Positions 28,845-39,700 of a stretch of DNA of 51,534 bases are shown piece after piece. The notes below the pieces were generated by a model. The model was given only the letters and a program-made list of their open reading frames with translations. It ran no database searches and was not told where the DNA came from. How positions within the stretch are numbered: the stretch's first letter is position 1; each line of letters starts with the position of its first letter. The translations under genes were made by a program, and so were the position numbers. Origin of the DNA: Clostridia bacterium (GTDB lineage Bacteria; Bacillota; Clostridia; Oscillospirales; CAG-272); the NCBI GenBank assembly GCA_017646005.1, contig JAGCNJ010000040.1:1-51534 (forward strand), given 5' to 3'.

Positions 28845-29789
28845 TTACTCGTCGATCACCGCATAAAGTCCGAGCGGTGTGAAATCGATTCCGTCAAGCT
28901 TGAGATAAAGTATAAATTCATCGAGCGCGCGCTCGTTTGCGGTAACACGCACGTCATACACTACAGCCTCTGCCTCACTTCTCACGGTATCTATACTGCG
29001 AAGCCTTATATCCAAAAGATTTGCAGCGTCAAGCGACCGCGACAGTGCGCCGTCACCTCTTTCGATGAGCGAAAGTTCAAAATCGGTAACACCCGATATG
29101 GCCGAAAGCCCGTTCAGATCCTTCGATAGAAGCAAATATCTTGTCATATCCTCCCGCCTGTCCGATCGCACGAGAACAGAGGCGGCTATCTTAAGCTCAA
29201 AGCTTTCGATAAGCCTGTAAAAGCCTGAAAGCTTACCGTCCTCCGTGTTTTCGTACGGCAGGATGCACATATCGGCTTCTCCCAAAGCTACCGCATCGCA
29301 GATAGCGGGAAAGGTATCCTTGTACAGCGCGACGGCATCGGGGATGAGCGATACGAATTTTTCAAACGCAATATCTGCGCCATGCGCCTTCCGGTACACT
29401 ATACGCATATCCGAAAGCTCATTTTCATTCTCCTCTGCTTCAAGCAGACTGTAGCGGTAATATCCGCCGTGTTTCTCTGCCCGGGCATAAAGCATCCGTG
29501 CAAGAGTAACAAGATCTGCCGTCCGTAACGACGAGGTATAGGTGCGCAAATGTTCTTTTATTTTTTCACTGTCCGTAGGTGCGTCGGTTTCAAGCGAAGC
29601 CTTCAGCGAGCTTACATACATTCCGACAAGCTCCGCATCTCCCGGATCAAGCGTCTGATCACGGTTTGCAAGCTCACACAGCGCATCAAGCATTGCAAGC
29701 CTGTGCGTAAGCGATCCCGAAATGCTTGCCGAGCCTTCCTTCAAGTTCACGGCTATTATATCAAGCGCACCCGATTCTCCGTTTTTCAT
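28845..29789 (-). CDS. Hypothetical protein with a partial prephenate-dehydratase-like domain and a probable C-terminal ACT-like domain
   Basis: DAVALGEADMCILPYENTEDG (cf. V..G.aD.gvlPiENS..G) and TRY (cf. TRF). The SHPQALAQC lobe is absent. Confidence 0.65.
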   Translation of the reverse strand: MKNGESGALDIIAVNLKEGSASISGSLTHRLAMLDALCELANRDQTLDPGDAELVGMYVSSLKASLETDAPTDSEKIKEHLRTYTSSLRTADLVTLARMLYARAEKHGGYYRYSLLEAEENENELSDMRIVYRKAHGADIAFEKFVSLIPDAVALYKDTFPAICDAVALGEADMCILPYENTEDGKLSGFYRLIESFELKIAASVLVRSDRREDMTRYLLLSKDLNGLSAISGVTDFELSLIERGDGALSRSLDAANLLDIRLRSIDTVRSEAEAVVYDVRVTANERALDEFILYLKLDGIDFTPLGLYAVIDE

Positions 29790-31648
29790 CAGAGCTCTTC
29801 AAGCACGCTGTAGCTTTGCGCAAGGAAACCCTTTAATTCCTCTGCGGTCAGCTGTCTTTGCGAAAGAAGCGCGAGCGTATAGGTCTGCTTCGCGATCTTT
29901 TCGGCGCGCGCCTCATCGCTTGGCAGCACTTCAAGTATATGCTTGATAAGACTGCTTGATTTATTTATTACAAGAGTCATTTTGCTTGCGGGCATCTGAG
30001 CGCCAAAATCGGGCATGCTCATACGGTACATACGCATCATATCCTCCATTCTGCGCTCTTCTTCGGATATATTGAGCACAGCAGGTGTTGACGTGTCCTT
30101 AAGCAGCTCATACTTAACCTCAAGCCCGTCGTTACCGCTGACCTTCTTCATAAGCTCGGTAAGCGCAGGCTCGTCACCGGCATCGCCTTCTGCCTTAAGT
30201 GCTCCTGCGAGGTCAGCATCGACTCTTATAAATTTTATCTTCTTTTCGTTTTCGAGCAGGGTTATAAACTGCGTATCTATTACGGTGTCGAGCACAACTA
30301 CGTCTATGCCCTCATTTTCAAACATAGATACGTACTGCGCCTGCGAAACCTTGTCTGTGGTATAATAAACCGTATTCTCATGCTTTTCCTTTGCTGCTTC
30401 AAGATAATCGTCGAGCGTTACAAAGCAGCCATCGGTCTTTTCCCATATAACCGCGGGAAGCACGCGCTCGAAGAACTTTCGGTCACGCAGTGCGCCGTAT
30501 TCAACAAAGGTCTTAAGATCGCGCCAGAGCTTTTCATATTCCTCGCGCTCGGTATTGAAAAGCGAATTTATTTTATCCGCGACCTTTTTGACAATATGCG
30601 AGGATATTTTCGAAACGTATCCGCTGTTCTGCAAATAGCTTCTTGACACGTTAAGCGGAAGCTCGGGACAATCAAGCACTCCCTTGAGCATAAGTAAAAA
30701 TTCGGGTATTACCTCTTTGATGTTATCAGCAACGTAAACCTGATTATAGTAAAGCTTTACCTGCCCCTCAAGACTGTCATATTCATGGGCAAGCTTTGGG
30801 AAGTAAAGTATTCCCTTGAAGTTAAGAGGATAATCTACGTTGAGATGAATATAGAAAAGCGGCTCTCTGTAATCGTGGAACACCTTGCGGTAGAATTCGA
30901 TGTATTCTTCCTTTGTGCATTCGCTCGGATTCTTGAGCCACAAGGGGCTTACGTCGTTTACAGGCTCAGCAGGACTTTCCTCCTCGCCATCCTTTTTTCC
31001 GGCATCCGCATCCGTGAAATATATCTCCACCGGCATGAACGAGCAATACTTTTCAATAACCTCCGAAAGCTTGTACGCACTTAAGTATTCTTCGCCCTCG
31101 GAATTCACATGAAGAATTATCTCTGTGCCGCGCTCTTCCCTTTCGTCGGTCGTACTCATTTCGTATTCGCCTGCATCATTACAGCTCCACTTTACAGCCG
31201 GAGCACCGGTATACGACTTTGTGATAACATCCACCCTGTCGCTTACCATAAACGCCGAATAAAAGCCAAGTCCGAAGTGACCGATTATTCCGCTTTGGTT
31301 ATTTTCGCTTTCGCCCTCGTACTTCTGAATGAAATCAAGCGCACCCGAAAGCGCCATCTGACAGATATATTTTTCGACCTCAGCCTCGGACATACCTATA
31401 CCGTTATCAGCAACGGTGATGGTTTTATCATTTTTGCTGACTATCACGTCTATTCTGTATTTTTCATCCTCAAGTCCCTTGACCTCTCCGAGAGATGAAA
31501 GTCTCTTCATTTTTGTTGTTGCGTCGCATGCATTTGACACAAGCTCACGCACAAATATCTCCTTTTCGGAGTAAAGCCATTTTTTTATAACCGGGAATAT
31601 ATGCGCTGTTTCTACGCTTATTCCGCCCTTTACCGTATTTTCTGACAT
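29789..31648 (-). CDS. htpG: Chaperone HtpG (Hsp90)
   Basis: EIFVRELVSNACDA, DNGIGMS, IGHFGLGFYSAFMV and LPLNVSRS. Confidence 0.97.
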   Translation of the reverse strand: MSENTVKGGISVETAHIFPVIKKWLYSEKEIFVRELVSNACDATTKMKRLSSLGEVKGLEDEKYRIDVIVSKNDKTITVADNGIGMSEAEVEKYICQMALSGALDFIQKYEGESENNQSGIIGHFGLGFYSAFMVSDRVDVITKSYTGAPAVKWSCNDAGEYEMSTTDEREERGTEIILHVNSEGEEYLSAYKLSEVIEKYCSFMPVEIYFTDADAGKKDGEEESPAEPVNDVSPLWLKNPSECTKEEYIEFYRKVFHDYREPLFYIHLNVDYPLNFKGILYFPKLAHEYDSLEGQVKLYYNQVYVADNIKEVIPEFLLMLKGVLDCPELPLNVSRSYLQNSGYVSKISSHIVKKVADKINSLFNTEREEYEKLWRDLKTFVEYGALRDRKFFERVLPAVIWEKTDGCFVTLDDYLEAAKEKHENTVYYTTDKVSQAQYVSMFENEGIDVVVLDTVIDTQFITLLENEKKIKFIRVDADLAGALKAEGDAGDEPALTELMKKVSGNDGLEVKYELLKDTSTPAVLNISEEERRMEDMMRMYRMSMPDFGAQMPASKMTLVINKSSSLIKHILEVLPSDEARAEKIAKQTYTLALLSQRQLTAEELKGFLAQSYSVLEEL

Positions 31649-31704
31649 TTTTGAGAATCCTTTCGTTACATAAACATCGGAAACGACACCGATATACAGA
31701 TAAT

Positions 31705-31732
31705 ATTATACCATAATTTTACGAAATTTCAA
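31705..31732 (-). promoter_or_regulatory. sigmaA promoter of the htpG operon
   Basis: TTGAAA-16 nt-TATAAT with an extended TG. No CIRCE element seen. Confidence 0.6.
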
Positions 31733-31909
31733 GTACGCGCAGCAATATTTAATAATTTATTATAATTTTCCCGAAGTCCGATTGACCGCGCCGCAGATGT
31801 AAATTTTTCGTAAATATCTCATCTTCCGCTGTCATAAACTATTGATATATGTTAAAATTGTTTTATATCCCGCACTTAACAACACAAGTTACGGAAAGGC
31901 TTCAAAACT

Positions 31910-34900
31910 ATGAAGAGATTTTTTTGCACCATTATAGCTCTCTTGATTTTACTGACTTCTCTGCCGGTATTTGCATCGGAAGCTGAGACATCCAAATATG
32001 TTCAGATTCCGGCTACCGAGCTTTTTACTTACATTGTAAAGTATACGTTCAAAAGCACACTTGAGCTTGAAGAGGCGGCGTCCTTTTCAGACAGCATTCC
32101 TTATATACACTCAACCCTTGAGCCGGGAACATATAACAACAATCAGGGCGTGCTGGAGATAAAAGCTGCAGATGTTGGCATCAATATGCTCGAATACCCT
32201 TTTGTAAAGCTCGAATACCGCACCGATTCACCGTACAAAACCAAAGATATAACCATATATTCATCAAAGGGTGAAAATTGGAAAGATCCCAAGGATCCTC
32301 ATACCGCGGACGGTGAATTTCACGATATAATCTTTGATGTACGCAAGCTAAACGATGTAGAAGAAAAAATCCCAACGTACGAGGACGGAGTGAACATAAG
32401 ACTCCGCCTCAAGCCTCTTGGCTCCGGCACAAGAACACTTGATGCTTCACATTATTATGATATTAAATATATAGCATTTTTCAAAACCGAGGCCGATGCT
32501 CTTGCGCACACGTACAATTATAATATGCTTGACGACGATTATGCAGGTGCATTTAAGACTCCTATAGAATACCTCCCCCTGACAAACGACGCAGAGGATG
32601 AAATACTTTCGGGCGCGGAATCACTCAAAAAGAAGATAATCAATTCGGAAAGCATTTCACCCGACAGCATATCCGGCACAGTATACTACGTTTCAAACAA
32701 CGGAAACGATAACAATTCAGGCACAAGCCCGGACGATGCACTTGCAACGATTTCCGCAGTAAACGCCCTTAAGTTAAATCCGGGAGACGGTGTGTTCTTT
32801 GAGCGCGGAAGCCTGTTCAGAGGTCCTACATTAAGTATGAAGGCAGGCGTAACATACTCCTCATACGGCGAGGGCGAAAAGCCGAAAATATGGCGTTCTC
32901 TCGACGGTGTCGGCAAGTAAAAATGGCATCAGACTCCGTATAAAAACGTATGGCAGTTTGAAACCACTCTTTCCCGGGGCGAGGACGTCGGAAACATTAT
33001 TTTCAACGGCGGTGAAGCCTGGGGAATAAAGATCATCAAGGAGGATGATAATACAAGACAGAACCAGGATCTTGTTTACAACGGCTATGAAAGCTTTGTA
33101 TCTTCCGGCAATATGCCATTTATAGATGAAAGGGATCTCTCAAACGAGCTTGAATTCTGGCACAGTACAAACGACGGTAACGTTTATCTTTACTACAGTC
33201 ACGGCAACCCCGGAGAGCTTTTTGATTCGATTGAACTTTCAAGAAAAGGGCATTGCGCAAACGGCAGTGCTGACAATGTAACTGTCGACAATATAGCTTT
33301 CGGCTACACAGGCTCTCACGGTGTAGGCGTAGGAAATGCAAAAAACTTTAAGGTACAGTATTGCACGTTTGAATACGTTGGAGGTTCTCTCCAATACACC
33401 GACGGCCGCGGCACCCGATACGGAAACGCTGTGGAGAACTGGGCGTCCTGCGACGGCTTTGTTATAGACCACTGTTACGCTACCCAGACCTATGACTGTT
33501 GCTATACAACGCAGTGGCAGGGCTCGGGTTCAACAAGCGATATCATAATGCAGAACGTTGTATTTTCAAACACTGTCAGCGAATACAGCAACAGCGGTCC
33601 CGAGGTATGGCTTGCAGCTAATGACAACGATACAACACATACATATATGATAAAGGATATGGATGCGTACAACAACTACGTTCTTTACGGCGGTTACGGC
33701 TGGAGCCATCAGCGTACCAATAAGGACGGTAACTTCTTCTACGGCGGATCTGCGGGAGCGACTACTGTATTTGACAACGTTACGTATCACGATAATATCT
33801 TCTTCAAGGCAACGCACCTTGCCGTAAAAGCCCGTTACTCCAAAAAGGGCTACGGGTACGATTTCACAAACAACGTTTTCGTTATGGCAGAGGGACAGCA
33901 GATGGTCGAAACCGGAATAAATCTTAATGATTGCTCCGGTCCGGTCACAAGGTACAAGTACAATAAAAGCTACATCAGAACTCTCATTTACTTCGGATTT
34001 TTCACAGACAGCACATTCTATCATTACGATATTGAAGACGCGGCGATCCCGATGCCCGAAAATGACTATCCTTATACCGAGGGCTTTGAGTATGTGACTA
34101 TACCAACGGATATTAAGCGCGGTGATTATGAGATCATAACAGCCGAGCAGCTTCTTGAATGGGCATCTTCCTCGCAATTTAACAATATGCCTTATTCCAA
34201 GGAACTTGTAGCTGACGAAAACGGTATCAATTATTTCAGACTCAATTCAAAGGAAGGGACCTATAAGGACGGAGAATGTACCTACACGTTACCACTAAGC
34301 TCGCTCGGGCAAAATATTGAAGTTAAAAAATTTCCCTTCATTAAAATAGGTTATAAAACGAATATCCAGAGCGACAATGTCTCGGTGTTCAATTATTACA
34401 CCCAATACAATTCCAAAACGAAGCGCCTTTGGGGTCCCACCATATATCGCGCTTCAAATGAAGAGCCGCAAAGCACAATAATCAAGGTCAAGGGTTCAAC
34501 CAGCGGCGGAGAAAGTATTTCAAGCTTTGACTGGAACAAGATAAACGACGGCGCTATATATGAAAAGCTTTATTTAAAGCCCTGGGGAGCGCAGACAATC
34601 ACCGTTCCTGCGGGTGAATATTACGATATCTCATATATCGCCTTCTTTGAAAATATTAATGACGCTATGTTCTTTGAATATCCTGAACGAATCACCATCT
34701 GCGGAGATGTCAACGACGACAAAAGCGTTGATATAGCTGATGAGATACTCTTATCCCGTTATAATTCAAGCATGCCGGGATATCTTCATCTTGCTAATAT
34801 CCGCGCCGGAGATCTCAACGCAGACAACTTCGTTTCGGTTATTGACTCTGTAATCCTTGCACGACACATAGCAAACTGGCACGATTATCAAACTCTTCCC

Positions 34901-34918
34901 TACAAAACAGAAGATTAA
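31910..34918 (+). pseudogene. Secreted right-handed beta-helix protein with two unknown domains and a dockerin-like module, interrupted by one in-frame TAA at 32918-32920
   Basis: Track ORFs 31910..32920 and 33113..34918 are in the same frame. The gap translates openly (GK*KWHQTPYKNVWQF...DVGNIIFNGGEAWGIK...YNGYESF) and aligns with the intact paralog 36757..39909. Confidence 0.85.
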
Positions 34919-34937
34919 ACGAAAGGATTCAAAACAT

Positions 34938-36581
34938 ATGAATAAGCGCACATTTATCCCGGCGCAGGCGATTATTGTTATAATAATTGCGTTATTTCTT
35001 ACCCTTTCTGTCTTTGCAAGTCCGACCGAAATAATACCTGATGGCTTCATCGGGGTTTACAATGCAATTGATCTGACAAGGATGTTACCTGACGACAATT
35101 ATATCCTGCTCGATGATATTGATATGACCGGCGTAAGCTTTACACCGATCGGCACCTCAGCTGCTCCCTTCACCGGTATTTTTGACGGAAACGGACATAC
35201 CATAGAAGGGCTCAGCATATCTTCAAATGCACCGTATAGTGCAATGTTTGCATACGCTGACAATGCTGAAATAAAAGATCTGAAGCTTGAGAACGCAAGC
35301 ATAATCATAAACGCATCAAGCAAGACTGTTTACGCAGCACCCATATGCGCAAGCGCGTCAAACGGCACGGTAATTTCAGGTTGCAGCGTCAGCGCTGTAG
35401 CAGACATCACGGCAAGCACCGACGTATATGCCGCGGGTATATGTGCCTATTCAAACGGTGCTCATATCAAGTCCTCTGTTGCTGACGTTGACATCAGCGT
35501 GACCACGACAAAAAATATTTCTTCTATAGGCGGTATCGCAGGCTATCTGTTTGCCGATTCATCTGTAACCGATTGCGAAAACTATGGCTCACTTTCGGGA
35601 ATTTCTGCCGACGAAAGCTATATCGGCGGTATAATAGGTATATCAAAGCGCGACCTTAACAACACCTCCAAGGCAAAGCCTGCCGTGTCGGACTCATTTA
35701 ATTTCGCAGACATAAGCGTTTCAACAAAAAAGAACATTACCGTAAGCTGTGCGGGTATTGCCGCAAAGGGCGAAAATCTTACAGTAAGCGGATGTAAAAA
35801 CACGGGAGATATCACGGCAAGCTGTCCTGTCGGTGCCATTGCCGCGGGCATATCGGGATATCAATCGAGAAATAACATAAACGAATGCGCAAATCTCGGA
35901 AACGTATCGGCAACAAGTACAGGCGCTGATGCATATGCCGGCGGAATCGTCGGTGAGGCAAACGTCGCAACAATCAGTAGCTCATACAACAACGGCTCTG
36001 TTTTTGCAAGCGGAAAGCAAAGCACTAACGCAGGCGGTATTTTCGGGCACGGTACTCAGTTCAACAAGATTGAATACTGCTATAATTCAGGAGTAAATCT
36101 ATCAGAAGCGGGAAGTAACATCGGTACTCTTATAGGCTCAGCCTCGTACAACGATACGTGCACCACGCTGTATACACTTGAAAGCACTTCTCATCCTGCC
36201 ATAGGAAACCGTATTGATGAAAACGCGGTAACGCTTCTTTCATCCACTCAAATGAAGAATGCCGAAAGCTTCGAGGGCTTTGATTTCGTTAATGTATGGT
36301 ATATGCCGACCGACAGCGAGACAGGATATCCCGAGCTTGTAATATTCAAGCCTGCTGAGCCCGTCATCATACTTTACGGTGATGTCGACAACAACGGTAC
36401 GGTAGATTCAAACGACAGCGTAGTATTAGCACGCTATCTTGCCAAGTGGACAGGATACGATGAAATCAATGAAGAAGATTCCGATCTGAATTCGGATACT
36501 GTCGTTGATTCAACAGACAGCGTAATCCTTTCAAGGCACCTCGCCAAATGGACCGGCTATGATACCCTGCCCTTAAAATAG
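34938..36581 (+). CDS. Secreted GLUG-motif-type beta-helix protein with a C-terminal dockerin-like module
   Basis: Signal peptide, YILLDDIDM..FTPIG..FTGIFDGNGHTI, repeated (A/I)GGIxG and C.N.G.(I/V) units, FDFVNVW..GYPEL, then GDVDNNG..DSVVLARYLAKW twice. Confidence 0.82.
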   Translation: MNKRTFIPAQAIIVIIIALFLTLSVFASPTEIIPDGFIGVYNAIDLTRMLPDDNYILLDDIDMTGVSFTPIGTSAAPFTGIFDGNGHTIEGLSISSNAPYSAMFAYADNAEIKDLKLENASIIINASSKTVYAAPICASASNGTVISGCSVSAVADITASTDVYAAGICAYSNGAHIKSSVADVDISVTTTKNISSIGGIAGYLFADSSVTDCENYGSLSGISADESYIGGIIGISKRDLNNTSKAKPAVSDSFNFADISVSTKKNITVSCAGIAAKGENLTVSGCKNTGDITASCPVGAIAAGISGYQSRNNINECANLGNVSATSTGADAYAGGIVGEANVATISSSYNNGSVFASGKQSTNAGGIFGHGTQFNKIEYCYNSGVNLSEAGSNIGTLIGSASYNDTCTTLYTLESTSHPAIGNRIDENAVTLLSSTQMKNAESFEGFDFVNVWYMPTDSETGYPELVIFKPAEPVIILYGDVDNNGTVDSNDSVVLARYLAKWTGYDEINEEDSDLNSDTVVDSTDSVILSRHLAKWTGYDTLPLK

Positions 36582-36590
36582 AACAATCAA

Positions 36591-36629
36591 GATTACAGTA
36601 GCGATATTATCGCTACTGTAATCAATTTT
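36591..36629 (+). terminator. Long palindrome / probable terminator after the GLUG-dockerin gene
   Basis: gattacagtagcgata-t-tatcgctactgtaatc (16-bp arms) followed by aatttt. Confidence 0.6.
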
Positions 36630-36694
36630 CCGCATATAGGATATGCCCAAAACTTATATAAGGAAAACTTAATGTAAATTAACACGGATTCCAC

Positions 36695-36724
36695 TTTACT
36701 CGAGTCGATATGCAATGATATAAT
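36695..36724 (+). promoter_or_regulatory. Putative sigmaA promoter of the 1050-aa beta-helix gene
   Basis: TTTACT-18 nt-TATAAT with an extended TG; SD gaaagga before ATG 36757. Confidence 0.5.
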
Positions 36725-36756
36725 ATGCTCAATCGTAATAATGAAAGGAACAACCT

Positions 36757-39700
36757 ATGAAAAGGATAATTTGCGCTTTACTTGTAATATTCCTCGCGCT
36801 TTCCTATATCCCCACATATTCATCTGCCGCTGCAGACTACATTGAGCTTATGCCGTATGAAATAGTATCTTCGTATATGAGCATAGTCGATTTCGGATAT
36901 ACAATGGAGGGAATTGACACTGACCCTTACATTCATCTCACATCCAAGCCGGGCAGCTACAACAATAATAATTACTATTTAAGCTTCAAGGCTTCAATGC
37001 TTGGAATAAATATGCTTGACTATCCGATAATCAAGCTCGGTTATCGCACGGATTCTCCCTACAGTATGATAAATGCAAGTATAAAATCCGATGCGGGAGA
37101 AAACTATCCCAAGTCGCATACTGCTCACACTACCGACGGTAAATGGCACGACGTGGTGCTTGATATGACAACCTTTAATTCACAGGAAGGGACATTCCCC
37201 TCTTATGAGCAGGGTACGTCAATCAATCTTATCTTCAAGCCGCTCGGCTCGGGAAACAAGACATTTACAAAAGAGCACTATTACGACCTTAAGTATATAG
37301 CCTTTTTCAAGACAAAGGCTGACGCTGACGCTTACACCTACAGTTATAACAAAAATGAAGACAGCGGGATCGGCAAAGTAACAAAATACTCACCGCTTAC
37401 AAATTCTGTCGAAAACGCGATCCTTTCGGGCGCGGATGAGCTGATACAGGATATCCTGGATGCTCCCAACAATTCATATACCCCTACCGGAAGCGGAAAG
37501 ACATATTACGTTTCGGAAAAGCTTGGCAACAGCACAAACAACGGAACAAGTCAGAGCGCGCCGATAACGATAGCAAGGTTAAAGACTTTGTTAAGTAACA
37601 ATTCCATTCCCGAAGGCTCGGTAATTTTGTTCAAGCGCGGCGAATTATTCAGGGCAAACGGTACAATCAAGCTGACTGCACCCGGTCTGACACTTTCTGC
37701 TTACGGTGAAGGCGAAAAGCCTAAAATATATAACTCAATTGCAGGCGAAGGCAAAAGCAACTGGACCCGCACGTCTACCATGCACGTATGGAAATTCACC
37801 GGTAAAAGCCTGACCAAGAATCAGGACGTAGGAAACATCGTATTCAATAACGGTGAGGGTTGGGGTATCAAGGTATCCAAGAAAAACAAGACCGAAAACC
37901 TCAGAGTTGATATAGGTACGGTATTCAACGGTTACGAATCCTTTATGTCGGGCGGAGATCCTGCCGACGCAAGTGGAAACAGCTTCAGCCCATACAGGCA
38001 ATCCACACCGTTCACAGATCAGAGGGATCTTTCAAACAACCTCGAATTCTATCACAACTGGGATGACAACACCCTGTATTTGTACTACGATAAAGGCAAT
38101 CCCGGCAAGGTATTCGATTCAATCGAGATAGCTATCGGCAGCAACTTGTTGTATATGGGCTCTGCGGAAGCTGAGAATGTTACCGTAGACAACATCTCCT
38201 TTGCACATACGGGAAGACACGGTATTGGAATGCAGTACGGCAAAAATATTCTGATCAAGAATTGCACGTTTGCCTGGATCGGCGGATCGCTCCAGTATCC
38301 CGAAAATTATGAAACCGGAGATTCCGGAAAAACACGTCTCGGAAACGCCGTTGAAAACTGGGGCTCGTGCAGTAACTACACGATCGATCATTGCTATGCA
38401 ACCCAGATATACGACTGTTGCTTTACCACGCAGTACAGTATTGGCACCAACGACAGTATAACCAGTTCAAATTCGTTAGTGAAAATGAGTGACGTTACCT
38501 TCACAAACACCGTAAGCAGCTACAGCAACAGCGGTCCCGAGGTATGGCTTACAAACTCCTCACAATATGCCACCTCCGATAACTGCGACTGGTCGATAAA
38601 GAATCTCGAAGCAACGAACAACTACGTTCTCTACGGCGGATACGGCTGGGGACATCAGCGCTTTAACAAAGACAGTAATTTCTTCTACGGCGCTGTTCAG
38701 ATCGATAACACCACCTTATACGAAAACTGCGAATACTATGACAATTACTTTTTCAAGGCGAGACATACAGGAATAAAAGCGCGCTATGCAAAAAAAGACG
38801 GTCGTGAAAACAGCGGATACGATTTTCACGATAACACCTTTGTTATGGCTGAGGGACTGACTATTCTCCAAACCGGTAATAACCTGGATGACTGCTCAGG
38901 TACAACTACACATTATAAGTACGATCAAGCAACAATTTCCTCACTCGTTGCAAACGGTTTCTTCCCCGGAAGCGATTTCTACTATTACGATATAGCCGAT
39001 GCAGGCTTGCCGACGTCCGGAGCCGAATATCCGAGCGATCCGAATTACGACAGTTCAATAATAGTAGGCGAAATGCTCTTAGCAGAGGATCTGTCAGGTT
39101 ACGCAGACAGCCTTTCGTTTAACGGCATCGGATATTCAAGCTCACTCGTAACCGACGAAGACGGCGTTGACTACTTCAGAATAAACGCCGAAGCAGGTAG
39201 CTTTTCGGATGACCAATGCTATCTTGCAATACCGCTTGAATCACTCGGATACGGAATCAACGTGAAAACAAATCCCTATATTAAGCTCGCTTACAGAACG
39301 AATATTTCGGGCACAAATACACTTGCGGTCAACTATGTGGCACAGTATCCGATCAAGAACTTTTTCTTCACAACGAATTATGACGCAACGATTACAGGTC
39401 CTACACTTACAAAGGTATCCGACGGTACGCGTCAGAGTAGTACCATAAATATTGCAAATACCTCAACAGGCGGCACATACACCTCGTCAGGCTGGGACAG
39501 CACTTCAACAAAAACAATATCGGATTTCAGCTTCAATACTATTACCGACACCGCCAATTACAAGGAATTGCGGCTCAAGCTCTGGGGCGCAGGTGATGTA
39601 AGTCCCGTCGACGGTGAATACTTTGATATAGTTTATATTGCATTCTTCCCCGATGCGGAATCCGCAGAAAAATTTGAATACCCCTATGTTGAAAATCACC

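Noticed and set aside
31649-31909. CIRCE or CtsR heat-shock operator upstream of htpG
   Set aside because: No TTAGCACTC-N9-GAGTGCTAA or GTCAAA heptad repeat is visible.
32918-32920. Stop-codon reassignment or Sec/Pyl recoding
   Set aside because: The codon is TAA, not TGA or TAG, and TAA terminates many conserved genes in this window.
31797-36680. ATGTAAATT upstream of both beta-helix paralogs as a shared operator
   Set aside because: A 9-nt AT-rich match at different distances from the putative -10 boxes; chance or duplication residue cannot be excluded.
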